From Azolla caroliniana (Eukaryota; Plantae; Polypodiophyta): DNA of 64,000 bases. The stretch is from NCBI GenBank assembly GCA_043228905.1, contig JBHGNT010000011.1:17856001-17920000 (forward strand), read 5' to 3'. The notes beneath the pieces were generated by a model that made no database searches, had not been told where the DNA came from, and saw only the letters and a list, made by a program, of their open reading frames with translations. This document shows positions 1 through 12,732 of this stretch, in pieces (positions within the stretch are counted from its first letter, which is position 1; every line of letters begins with the position of its first letter). The position numbers were made by a program, and so were the translations under genes.

Positions 1-219
1 TGAGGTTCTTTCCGATGTGTGGCATTTGATCTCGCAATCCACTCCCTTGAAAACAACACCTGAATGTTTGATAGTTACATTTGATACGTTTTTACTTCAC
101 ATGAGCAGGGATAAGGGTTAAAGACAAAAGATCATGAGTGAACTTGCTGAAGTAAGACAAATCATCATGTTCTTCTGCATATTTTTAGTTCACAAACAAA
201 TAGTCTTCTAGCCAGGCTA

Positions 220-3200
220 TCAAGACGGTGAGAATGCCCCACTGCTCGAACATGAATATGGACTCAACCTCATACTCTCTGCTGACATTGGACTAGCTTT
301 TAAGCTTTGTAATCGATTCTTGATGTCACAAAGTTCGTATTTTGGATTTTCGTTACCATGTTCACATGAAACAATAGGAGAATCTGAATATCCAGAATTC
401 CGCTTTTCAGCACCACGGCTAAAAACCTGCATCAGCTCAACACTATCTTCTCTATAGTCGGGGCTATCAATATTCCAGCTACTCGTTCTAGGAGATGCTT
501 TGCTTCCAACCTCGCTACAAGCCTCCTCTCCAACCTCACTACCTTCTAAATCTCTTACTATACTCATGCTATGCTCCGAGCTAGCAATACTGCTGGTTGT
601 CACTGGGGAATATCCTTGACGAATAACACGCGCATTTGAAGATCGAGTGCTGTAGAGTGCCAATGATGCTGTGTTTGATACTAGGGTTCGGCCATTCGTC
701 GCACTTTGCCGAATATCCTGCACATAATGAAAACATGGTTCTTTATATGACAAATACTCTCTGGTATCAGGGGTTATATGTATTCATGCCCTTATCCCTG
801 ATGTGTTCATAGTACACATTTATTTACAATACAATCATATACTAACTGGTATTTTATGTATTTACACTAATTAGACAAATATGTGCACGATGCACATAAA
901 TCTACACTAGCATTAGTAAACTCATGTTATGTATTCACAAGGTTTACACTTGTCAAAGACATCCACAATGCACAACAATCTACAATAGTATCAAACAATA
1001 ATGTACTCACAAGTTTTAAGTTTTAAGTTTTAAGTTTTAATGCACATCATTCTAGATTCTACACTTGTATGAAATAGTAAGCTCCTATCATTTATGCATG
1101 ATTTGTTTAGACTTAATATTAATAAAACACATTATTATTAATTTTACCATCTGCCGAAGTGCCATGTCAATCGACTTCCTTGGTAAATAATTCTTCCCTA
1201 AGAAAGAATTGGCTTTGAGAGTTGGCGTTGTTGGCTTGACACCACATTTCAATTGCAATGCTGGTAATTCTCCAGAGGACGTAGCCGATGCTACAACACA
1301 TCTAGATTGTGACATTCTATCAATCATCTTGGTACTTCTACCACCAACCGTGCCATTAAAGTTGGAATCACTACTCCTTCCGTTCCTTGAGAGGGTTCTC
1401 TCAGGTGTTGAAGTCCGTCCTCTTGAGATGCTAGGAGAGCAAGATTGTCTTCTAGATCTATCTGGAACTAATTCACTAGTTTTCAATGAGGCTGTTGAAC
1501 AAAAAGATGGAGATGAGCCCCTAGATGGTGAAGATGAAGTCATGGGCCTAGATGACAAATTCCTTGGCTTAGAAGACCCAGTCATAGTATTATTAGAAAT
1601 AGATGACATTAATGATAGTGTTCCCCGCCTCAAAGGACCCAAAGATGGTGAAGAGAATGATCCCGGCCTCGAAGAGCTTAATGATGGTGATGATAACATT
1701 GTTGGCTTCATTGAATCCATGGGAGCTTGCACAATAGGCCTTGCAGACCCAACAGAGGCACCTCTAGAATTGGAGATCGATCGAGCAGGAAGTGTTGTCC
1801 TTAAATTTGGTGGTGGCTCCAGGGAAAATCCTGGCATTGCCGATGATTTCCAAGTCTGTGTTCTAGTTGTAGGGGAGCTTCCACGTGTTGCCTGTGCACT
1901 TCTAAAAGTTGATGAACTTGCTTTGCTAGCTGAAGCAGATCGACCAGGTGCTACTTGCCCTTGAGAAAATGTGGGAGTAGAGGATCTTCGAAGTGGAGTG
2001 GTCGATCGAGATGAAATTGCCGATCTTGTTGATGTAGGTGAAATAGTACTAGACCTAGCTATGCCATTGCTGATCTTGTTTGTTGATGAGATCATTGGTC
2101 TGCTTGTAGGCGTTGATGGTCGAGAAGCCGGTCTAGCAGCTGGAGGTGGAGCTGACGGAGCAAGAGATGACCGTCTATTTGGTGCATTTGCTGAACTACG
2201 CATGTTACCACGGGTCATTCTCGAAGCCGCATCAAACCTTGATGTTGTGGATAATCCTCTAGATTGCTAATAAAAATAACAACAGACATCTAACAAATTA
2301 ATCTTACCTATTTGATATTGTTAGACTAACTACCTAATTAAACAATATGTTATGCAGAAAAGACTGTGTTTTCCAAACTTAAGGTTGTGGTTTCAAACAT
2401 TGAGCTGCGGGTTTCATGTGGGCTCATGCAAAAAATTTCCTTTATAATGAGTTTACAGATTTAATTTATTACCCAACGGTACATGTATAGTACTGACTTG
2501 TGTTTTGCAATCTTAAGTATATGGTATCGCCTTATATTCATACATTTATGATACTGGCTTTTATTTTCCAACCTTAAGGTTGTGGTTTCAAGCATCGAGC
2601 AATGAGCCTCGTGTAGGGTTCCTGTTTAGTTTGAGGTCATGCAAAAATCATCCGTTAAAAAATGTATTTACGAATTCACTTTCCATAACCCAAGGTTTGA
2701 AATGATTAGCATTGCCTCTTGAAAGGAAGTTCCAACAAAAGAACCTCACACAAGATTATGTAATGTACCATCAATAAGCCATCTAGGGGTTTCGAATGAT
2801 GTAAAATGCCAATATATCTCGATGCTAAAAGACACAAATATTAGTATTTAAGCATTTACTTATCGACTTACTTGGTTTGTTTTCATTGTTGCAAGAGATT
2901 TCACAAGGTTAGGAAACCCTTTCTCAGATGAAACATAGCCAGAATCAATGACTGGCTCATTCTCTGGCCCAGCAATAACTAAAGGTGTACCAGGTGGAGT
3001 CAAAAGCCTATAAAGAATGAATATACCAGGCAAAGTTACCAAATTTACTTCAACACCATGAATTCCTTCCATCATATGTTACTGTTTTCACAGCTTACCA
3101 GTCATAGTCATTTTTACCCATATCTGAAGCTAGAAGCTCCTCACCCGATGTCCGGCCTCGATAAACAGAGCCAGTTGAGGTTGCCATTCTGTATAATGAT

Positions 3201-3959
3201 GTATTTGATATCCTTGCTGTTCCAGAGAAGGAAAATCTTCAGATAATTAAAAAATAAATAAACATAAACATACATGAACATTGAGAATATATATACACAC
3301 AAATGTACATTGACAATATATACACAGATATACATTGCATGTACATATACATACTCATGCATTACATACATATACAGAGTTGAAGACAGATTATAAGGTT
3401 TACGAAATTGTAGGTGTTTTTTCTTTCCTCGTGTTAGATGTGCAATCATGATCGATGATATAAGTCAGAGGGATCATACAAGGTTCACATTTGAACACAG
3501 AATGAATTGAAGAACATCAAAAAGAGGAACAAAGGCACATATTGTTTTACCTACCGTTTACAAGGAAATCAGAGAGGAATGGAAGACTAATCATTCTCTA
3601 CGTAGAACTTGGTTCAACTATGATGTAAACCAAATAGAATCAAAGGATTAAAAAAACAAGAGGGAGAAACACATTCATCTTCAGTTCGCTTTAATCTTGT
3701 TACAAAATAAAAACAGGGGGAAATGCAAGCGTTTTTTGGTCCCCTACCTATACTTCCACAAGTTTCATTGACAATTTCACTTTTCGTTCTGAAAACCTTG
3801 GGCAAAATGAGAACGAAGTTTTTTACCTGAATTGAAGTATGGATCTGTGTTGTTATGATTGTGATTAATGTCGGAATGGATTACAGGACGATCTCTCCGC
3901 TGCATTCCATGGAAAAGAGCCAAATCATCTTCTCTCTCACCTCTTATCAAAGAAGCCAT
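220..3959 (-). CDS. Basic proline/serine-rich (BPP-family) microtubule-associated protein, 5 exons
   Basis: Exons spliced by hand at GT-AG sites: 3959-3827, 3216-3099, 3007-2872, 2266-1148, 717-220. They give the family motifs EREDDLALF (N-terminus), GKNDYDW|LLTPPGTP, PGFSLEPPPNLRTTLP, RRQSCSP and SIDMALRQM|DIRQ, in a Ser/Arg/Pro-rich body. Confidence 0.85.
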
Positions 3960-4531
3960 TGATTTTTATTTTTATTTTTCCTTTTTCCGTCTTTCCCCGT
4001 CCTTCCTTCTTAGTTTGTTTCTTCTACTAGAACAAGAGAAGTGGATTAGTTAAGCTTCAACCTGCCATAGCTGAGACAGGGGCAGGGGCAGGGGCAGAGG
4101 CAGGGAGAGAAAGGGGAGGGAATGAAGGGAAAGAATGCTCTGCTCTAGAGAGAGGAATGGTGTGGTTGTGGGTGGAGCGTGCTCTGTTCTAGAGAGAGAG
4201 TGCTCTGTTCTAGAGAGAGAGTGCTCTGTTTCTACATTGGAAGGAAAACGCAGAGAGAGAGAGAGAGAGAGAGCGGGAGGCGGGGATCTGCGAGGAGGAG
4301 AGAGGTAATTATTTAATTGTTTTATTAAATATATTCTGAGGCTAGATAAATGCTAATAAATTCAAATTAAAATTAAAGGAAAAATGGGCAGCGAAGGAGT
4401 GTCGAAACGCATCATTCATTAATCGATTTATTTATGAGTAAAAATCATTATTGTGTCTGTATTTATTTCTTTTTATTTATTTCATTTCATTTTATGGTGC
4501 TTTTTCTTTTCAAATCTTTTTATTTCAGGTT

Positions 4532-4581
4532 GCCACGTCGGCCCCGACCTTCCACGTCACCCTCGGGACTGCTGACGTGGC
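4532..4581. promoter_or_regulatory. Cluster of three ACGT-core (CCACGTC / TGACGTGG) bZIP-type motifs in an imperfect palindrome, upstream of the BPP-like gene
   Basis: gccacgtcggccccga ... tccacgtca ... tcgggactgctgacgtggc, a GC-rich island in AT-rich flanks about 600 bp upstream of the ATG. It could instead be a transposon relic. Confidence 0.3.
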
Positions 4582-6959
4582 CGCCGCCGGCATCCCCCCC
4601 CCCCCTGTCTTGACTGATTCGCCGGATTCTTTGCTTTTCCATGTAATTAAAGTTTTTTTCAAAAATGTCTGCTTTTTTTTGGGTCCCATTTTTCTTTTAA
4701 TGCGTTAAAAGAAAAACATATAAAAAGCTCAAAAATATGTCTGCATGTTTTTAGCTCTTTGCCCTTTTCTGAACAAAAAAAAAAAAAAAAAGAATTACAA
4801 TTTTTTTATCTTTTTTCCTCTTTTTACTTGCAATAAATATTTTGCTAAACTATTTTTCCTTCTTTTAATTTAAGAAATATTAAAGTAGAAATTCAAAATA
4901 GCTTCACTTTTTTTTCTTGTTTGCCTTTTGTTCTTGTTCTTGTTTTTTTTGTTTACATACATATTTGTCTAATTTTTTAATGACATTTTCGAATCACTTA
5001 TTATATCTAATAATATTTCCTGCTCTTCTTTGTCTCTGATTTCAAGTAAAAACATACTTTTAGCTTTTCTTGCTTTCCCAGATTTTTTAAGGTTGGATTC
5101 ACACACTTGTAAAACACCATATAATTATGTGGTTCTCTTCTTTCGCCTCATTCTCAAAAGCACAAGTTGTGCCCCTCGATATTTGCCACGGGCCATCCCA
5201 TTGAATAGAATAGATGTCTACCCAGGTCATGGAAAAGCTTCTTTTTGTTCCTACACAATGAGTCAACGAGAACAAAAAAAAACAACTTACTTCACTAGAT
5301 GTTGTGACAACACCATGTGTATCCTCCTCGCACCATATGATTGTAATAGAGGTGCGCCATGACATGTGCCACTGATCAGGCTTGCTTGCTGATCCACCCA
5401 TAGTCTTCTTTATTAAGTGGGACAAATTGCCTTTGAAATGTCAAATGTTTGATCGTGCAAACTGAACTTGTGCAACCATTTTCTTAGGAGAAAAGTATTG
5501 TGCTTGTCGAGTAGACATGGAAACAATGTGGCATTTTTCAAAACTAAATTTGTGAAAGCCATTGAAACTTGCTTTTCTTAGGATAACTTTATTATTCAAA
5601 ATCAATAATATAAAAGAGAAGTTGAGGTTGTGAGTCTATGGAAACTTGCAAAGTCGTAGGAAATGCGTAGTCATAGGAAATGCGAAGTTAAGTTTAAGAA
5701 GTCATAACAAATGGCTCTTTGCAAAGACTAAGTTTTTGGCATAAATCATTTTATAAATGCATATCATGTGTTGAATTTATTCGTACAGTATATAATTGAA
5801 AGTTGAAACTTTGAGCTTTTGGGACATAAGTATTACATATTATCCCTACAACATCACCTAGGAAAGAACTTCCTAAATGACAATTACAACCATACTATAA
5901 GCCAAAGATATGCTTTCAACCTTTGTTATGAAACCTCATGTTGACTAACATCATCCTCGTGTCCATACATTGCATTATGATATAATATAGTTTACAATCT
6001 CAACTTTATTTACTGATCTTAAATCTGTTGAAGGACTCAAGCACGTGAAGTTCAACCATAGTGCAAGACAATTTGCTATTATATATCAGGATTGTTGACG
6101 ACCTATAATGCTAGGCAAGGCAATGTACATCCAAGATATCACCTATGATAATTTAGCAAATATTTCAAAATCGGTTCCCAAAGATGCCACACTAGAATGA
6201 AAGCAGCAAGCTTTCAACAAGCCATTTTATTGATGCAGATTTATTTATTTTAAGCACGTCTCACAAAGGCACCAATACAGATAGCTCAAAGAAGAATAAA
6301 TGGTTTGATAAATCATTCTAAAGAAACCCAAAATCACATATTTGCCATCAAGGGAGCCATAAATAAGAAAAACTACAGGAAATATGAGCAAACATGTACA
6401 CAAAGGATAAATGAGAGCATAAAAGAACGCTGTCAAAACTTCATATAATCAATATCATAACCATCTTAGTAGTATCAACCATCCCTCTCTTTCTAGCAGT
6501 GCTTAAAACTTATGTACATAGCCAACAAGAAGCAAATATTGAAATTTCAACCACAAGAGGTTGTATTCCTAGTATTGTCATTCCATTAACGTTGAATTTT
6601 ACTGTACAATTTTCCAGGATTAAATTGCTAGAATGTTATAAAATTACTGTTACAAAAGCCAATCTCAATCTTCCAATTACAGTATAATTTGCTACAATCG
6701 CCCAAAAATCAAGCTCAACTATGGAGCTCATGACTTTCAGTCCAATGTACTTTAAACACGAAACATTTTCTGGGGCAAATTCACATCCACAATTCATGGA
6801 TATGATCGAACCAAGTGCACCCACTAATTTCCCACCTGGAGCGTAAGTATTAAAAGTACCTAAAATGTACAGCATACCTGATGCACATAATCTATTTTCT
6901 TATTGACATGTGCTTTTTAATGCAGGCACGTCAATGGAATACAAATCCAACTGCCACTT

Positions 6960-9900
6960 CTACGTACTGACACAATTTTCCCATGAACCAAAAGTTGAGC
7001 TAAAACAACCACCACCCTGTCTGGTTGCAAATTCAACAAGTGCACTGCGAGCACTAGCATCCCATGCTCTCACCATGTCACCAAGCATTACCGGTGCAGA
7101 TAAAAACCTTGCAGCTTTAGTAAACTCCTCTTTTGCTAGCCGATTGAATGGATGACTGAATCATATTGCAAAAAAATATTTAATAATGTCTTTATCTATT
7201 CAGCATAATTTTAAAGGATTACAGAAAAAGGTTAAGGTTTGACTTACTTGGCATTAGGATCTGAATCATCCGAAAGAACAAGTGGAGAACAATCAGGATA
7301 ATGTGATGGTATAAATAATCTCAATGGTGAAATGGGAACCTGAAACAATGGGAAACCTTTTTGAGTGATTATAAAGTACAACCATTCACATTCTCTGTCG
7401 TTTCCCCTGTACACTTCCTCCCTTCTCTCTTTCCCAGAGTGTTTCGTCCTTCAGAATTAAATCTTACTTTAGAACTCTAAATTCTTTAGTTCGTTGATCC
7501 ATAGAAGCTAAGCCATAATAAACTCTCGAAGTGTTTCTTAAGTTACCTATAACATCTATAAGCTTTAAAAAATATTTACTGATGTTGAAAACAAAGTTTT
7601 AACTTTTATAAGCTAGCTCTAAAAATTATACCCTTCCCCTTTCCTGGCATCTATCCAAAAAGAGCTTTAAAGAATAGTTTCTGATGACGAAAGCAGAGTT
7701 TTCACTTTTATAAGCTAGATCTAAAAAAAATTTAAATCTTCGATAGAAGAAGAAAATATTAAGAATACTTACTACACGGAAGGACCCATTTTGGAATGGA
7801 TTACTTGGATTAAGAGAAACAGCATTGTAGGTACAGATCACCACTGCACATGTCCTTCCATCTGCTGCCATAGCTTGTATCCCGTCCACATCTATTTCAA
7901 TATGGGAATCTATAAGCTGTTCATTGATATGGTTTATTTCTTCCTCCAAAGCCTGGTTTATCTGAACCATTAACAGCAAATATAATTAATTATAGGTTGG
8001 CTTGAAAGCCATTATAAGTATAACAGAAATACACTCCAGCACAAAATCAATCATTATTATAATTTTCATAGAAATATACTCCAGCACGATATTTCCATGA
8101 TTCCAACTTGTCTGTATAAGCAGTTGATGCAACTATCATGTATTTAAAAACCAAAAGAACATGGATGTACCATCATACCATGTAAAGCTGGGTTCCTTTT
8201 CATGAAATACACGATCCTTACAAGAAGAATCCATATGCACAAGGTAAAGTCATCCATTTGTTTCCTTGTGAGTACAGCATGATAGTTTGTTAATAAGTAA
8301 CATATCTGACAAACTTCTCATTCACTATCAATGGCATATCTACAAACTACTAAAATCTTCCATGTTTCTTGGAAAAAACTTATTAATACAAATGATCAAG
8401 CTCAAAATAATGTGTTTACTGAATGGCCCCAAATTCAAAAATCTTGGGAACCTGAAAATCACTTACTTCAATTTTAGGACGTTTGATCTTTGAAGTTGCT
8501 GTAGATTCTGTTTCCAACTCTAAATCATTAGGTCTTTGCAAACTATTAGCAACACTTCCCACAGAAGACATCACACTTAGAGCCATAGAATCAATCCTTC
8601 TCTTAACTTTTCTGTTGATAATACTCCCATCTGGTGAAGCTAGTGCTCTAGCTTGTGCCTTGGACTTTGTGACGTGTGATAAGTCCTCACCCACTACAGC
8701 TCTTGATTGGGTGCCAAGTGCAGAACCTCCTGATAAGTTCACTATTGCACTGCCACTCCCATCTGGTGATCCTAGTCCCCTGGCTTGTACTTTAGTTTTT
8801 GTAACCTGTGATAAGTCCTCCACTCTCGATTGGGTATAAGGTGCAGGACCTCCCAGCTTATCTGGTAAGTTGACTACTGTATTGGCATTCCCCTCTGGTA
8901 AGGTTAGTGCTCTAGCTTGCGTCCTGCACTTTGTAACTTGGGATAAATCCTCCCCGACCACAGCTCTTGATTGGATACCAGGTGCAGAACCTCCCAACTT
9001 ATCTGTTAAGTTCACCAACGTACTAATGTCTCTCACTGCAGATGCCAATGCCCTAGATGACATAGAGTTCATCTGCCAAAATTACCAAAGTAGGGTTAAA
9101 CAAACCCTCCCCTCAGAAACCAGTTAATAAGGTATTTCCTGTTTACCACCTCCCTAGTTAATAAGGTAATCCTTTTTTACAATCTGAAAATTTGTTGTTT
9201 AGGATTCCATGCCCAATTCTGTTTTAATTATGTACACTCAAAAACATTCACACCAAATATTTCATTATGTTCTCAATAAATTAAATTAAGAACAAATCAC
9301 ACTCTTACCTCTGATATCTTTTCATGCTTGTCAGTTCTTTATCGTTTCATTATGTTCTCAAAAATCAAAATGCTGATGGACATACAATACGTGTAAGAAA
9401 GTAAAATAAAAGAATTAAAAGGATAAATAGTAACTAACCACTTTTAATATTCGCTCAAGTGGAGGCTTGCTTGGAGTTTGCTTATCCTCTGACAACACAC
9501 CAAGATTAGCTTGCAAACGATCTGAATTGCTGATCATATTTTGTGGACTTGGTGTATAATCGTGCATTAATGGTGACAATCCCGGTGGACCACCAATAAA
9601 GGATTGTTGTACATTTGCCACATTAGCAGGAAGGCTATTTGCTCCAATCACTGAAGATATAGGAGTAAGGGGTTTTAATCCCGAATCTTCTTGCAATGGT
9701 GCAGGAGAAGAAATCATAAAAGGCGGGGTGGCAGCCTGAACAGGTGTTCCAATTTTGGGAATGCTAAGAGAAGCAGCATTCAGGGTTTGCAGATCATTTT
9801 GGGGCGACATTTGTGGAGGTGAAGAAAGTTGTGGAGAAGCAACAGCTTGTGAAGTTAGAGCATTTTGTTGATGCTGTAATTGTTGCAGTATTCCTCGTGG

Positions 9901-12700
9901 ATGTTGCTGATGAATAAGCATTTGTTTAATAGCCGTTTGCTTAGCAACCTTATTATCAGCTATTGTATCCGGAAGCTGTTGATTTTGCTGTGCCTGCATG
10001 ATTTGAGTGGCTTGCTGTTGTTTCTGCTGTAATTGTTCCTGATGGTGCTGAAGTTGTCTTTGCTGCAAATGGCGTTGCTGCTGATCCTTCAATAAACGGG
10101 CTTGAAGCAGTTGTTGTTCTTGCTGTTGCTGCTGCATTGAGCTTGGTTGCTGTAACCCACTAAGAGTACTCTGCCCATAAGGTGGTAAGTTACTCTGAAG
10201 CAGTGCATTTGCAATAGGACCTTGCAAACCATTCAGTAAACTAGACTGAGATGAAGTGACAACATTCTGTTGAATAGAAGTCGTAGTTGATTGTAGCATT
10301 CCCAAACTGCTGCTTGATTGACTATTGGTTGGATGCAAGTCTTGTATTGAAGGCACTGTCTTGTCTGATTGCAAGTTCTGAGATGGCTGAAGTGTTTGTT
10401 GTTGAACTTGTTGAGCTTGCCCTTGACCAGGAGCTGGTGGTGAGGGTACTTGCTGCTGATGCTGCTGCTGTTGTTGCGGATGTTGCTGTGGATGTTGCTG
10501 CTGCTGTTGTTGCTGCGGATGTTGCTGCGGATGTTGCTGCTGTTGCTGCTGTTGCTGCTGCTGTTGTGAAGGGGCCTGTTTACGACGTTTGAAAGTTTCC
10601 ATTATGCTGACTATTTGTTTCTCAAATGCTTCAACCTTAACTTGGTTGAATTCCTTTGGTAGATTTCCTTTGGGAGCCACAAGGTATGGGATCATTCGTT
10701 GCAGAACAGTCTTGTAGCTTGATAATTTAGCATGTTGCTCGTGTGGCATAGACTGAATAAAAAAGGAAGAGTACGTAGCATAATCATCAATTTATATTCA
10801 ATGCATATCAAAAGTAACATGCAATGTAAATATGAAACTGTTCACAAATGACAGGATATTGCACACTAGAATAATTCACTCTGATGAAAGGGCTTACTGA
10901 ATCAACATACTAAAACACAAGTATACACATGAATATGTAGGTGTCATGATGGGTGCCTGCAGTTAACACAAGTTTCTATTATTTGCTAGAAATGTGTTCC
11001 GATATGAAAACATTCAATTTATTTCAGCCAAAATTCTCAATGCAATCAATTATTAACATCACAATGATCATTCCCGTAATAAATGCAAGATCAAGTTACT
11101 GATTCCAATATCAATAACAAGACTGACATCTCAAACAAATAAAGAGATCGAAAAGGAAAACGAGAACAAGTTTTGAGGTTTCAAGACCAAGTTCATAGAT
11201 TCCAAGAAGAACATGCAAGATCAAAATTTCCAGGTTTCAATATCACAATCACCTTTTGCATTGCAAGATTGAAAGCCAACGATGTCATTAAGCCATAGAA
11301 AAAATTCCAGCAAACTATGACCTATATCCCAAGTGGTAGAAACTTCACCAGACAAGTGAAACATTTGAACATGTTTCAGCCGTGACATTCATCAGAAGTT
11401 TTTCGTATTGTTAGTAACTGTACCTGTTGGCTTCTTTGCGCAAGCAAATTACAAAGATCCCTCAAGTCATTAAGGTATTTCTCCTTCAAAGCCTGCATCT
11501 GCAATAACACAATGAAGCATGTGGACAGTCAGAAAGATGATTAAACCATTAAAACAAACTACTTACACAAACACCATAAAAGTTAATAGAACTTCAAACA
11601 AAAAAGGGATAGATAGCATTGCAAACTAATGTTAACGAAACCAACAACAAAACATAATCTGAATAGCTAAAAAAGAATGGATGCCAGTAATACAACAGCT
11701 ATTTCATCAGGGTGCAACATACTAAATTCATGTGGTTGGAATTTTTGGAGTCAATTGAATGACCTATTTCTGATTCATACTTTTCTAGCATAGTGTTCCA
11801 TTATCTCTAGCTTGAAACTCAAAATAAATCTTTGATAGACTTTAGGCAGGAAATACCCTGATCACATGAAATAAATGAATTCTTTTTCATTTGAAATAAC
11901 TTTACCACTTGAAAGACAGCAAGCAAAAACCTTGATCATGAAATACTAATAGAAATAAAAGGGGTTATCTTACCTTTGTCCAAACAATGTCCTGTATCTC
12001 AGCTTCTGTGAGTACATTCTGTGAGGATGAGTCAACAGGTGCTGTAAAAAACACATAATTCCTAAATAATGATCACGGTATCTGTAAACTTTCATAGTAT
12101 CATGAAAGTTCACGTATAAGCTTACCAGATGAAACTTCTGTCATTCCCCGTTGGAATTGGACCTGCGCTATTTGGTTTTGATCTGTTGAAGTAGATGAAT
12201 GTTGCATTGCCAGGTTGCTTTGCTGAGAAAGTCTCTGTTGTTGGTCAATTTGACTTGGTCCTGATTGTGGTTGCTGTGATAGCAATGCTGATTGCTGAAT
12301 AGAAAGTAGGGATGAAGTTGTATGTGGTTGAGATGGTTGCAGCTGAGGCTGTGTTTGTGATTGTGTCAATAAAGCTGCTAGGGGAACCATTGTCTGTTGT
12401 GATTGAACTTGTGTTTGTCCTTGCATTTGTCCTTGTGCTTGTGTTTGTGAGTGTGGCTGCAGAGGTTGAGCCACTTTTACTTGCTGGTTCAAATTTTGTG
12501 CCTGTTGCACTGATTGACCTGACCATGTTTGTGGGAGCTGCATTGGTTGCAATCCAGAAATAGAATGTTGTTGCTGCTGTAGTTGCTGTTGTTGCTGAAG
12601 TTGCTGTTGTTGTTGCTGTTGCTGCTGTTGCAGTTGCTGTTGTTGCTGTTGTTGCTGTTGTTGCTGTTGTTGCTGTTGTTGTTGTTGCTGCTGTTGTTGT

Positions 12701-12732
<32 letters not shown>

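Noticed and set aside
1209-2270. 251-aa and 99-aa plus-strand ORFs
   Set aside because: They are antisense shadows of the Ser/Pro-rich BPP exon and carry no independent motifs.
5030-5560. ORFs between the BPP-like gene and MED15, possibly a transposon remnant
   Set aside because: I could not recognise a domain, terminal repeats or a TSD. A tBLASTx search would be needed.
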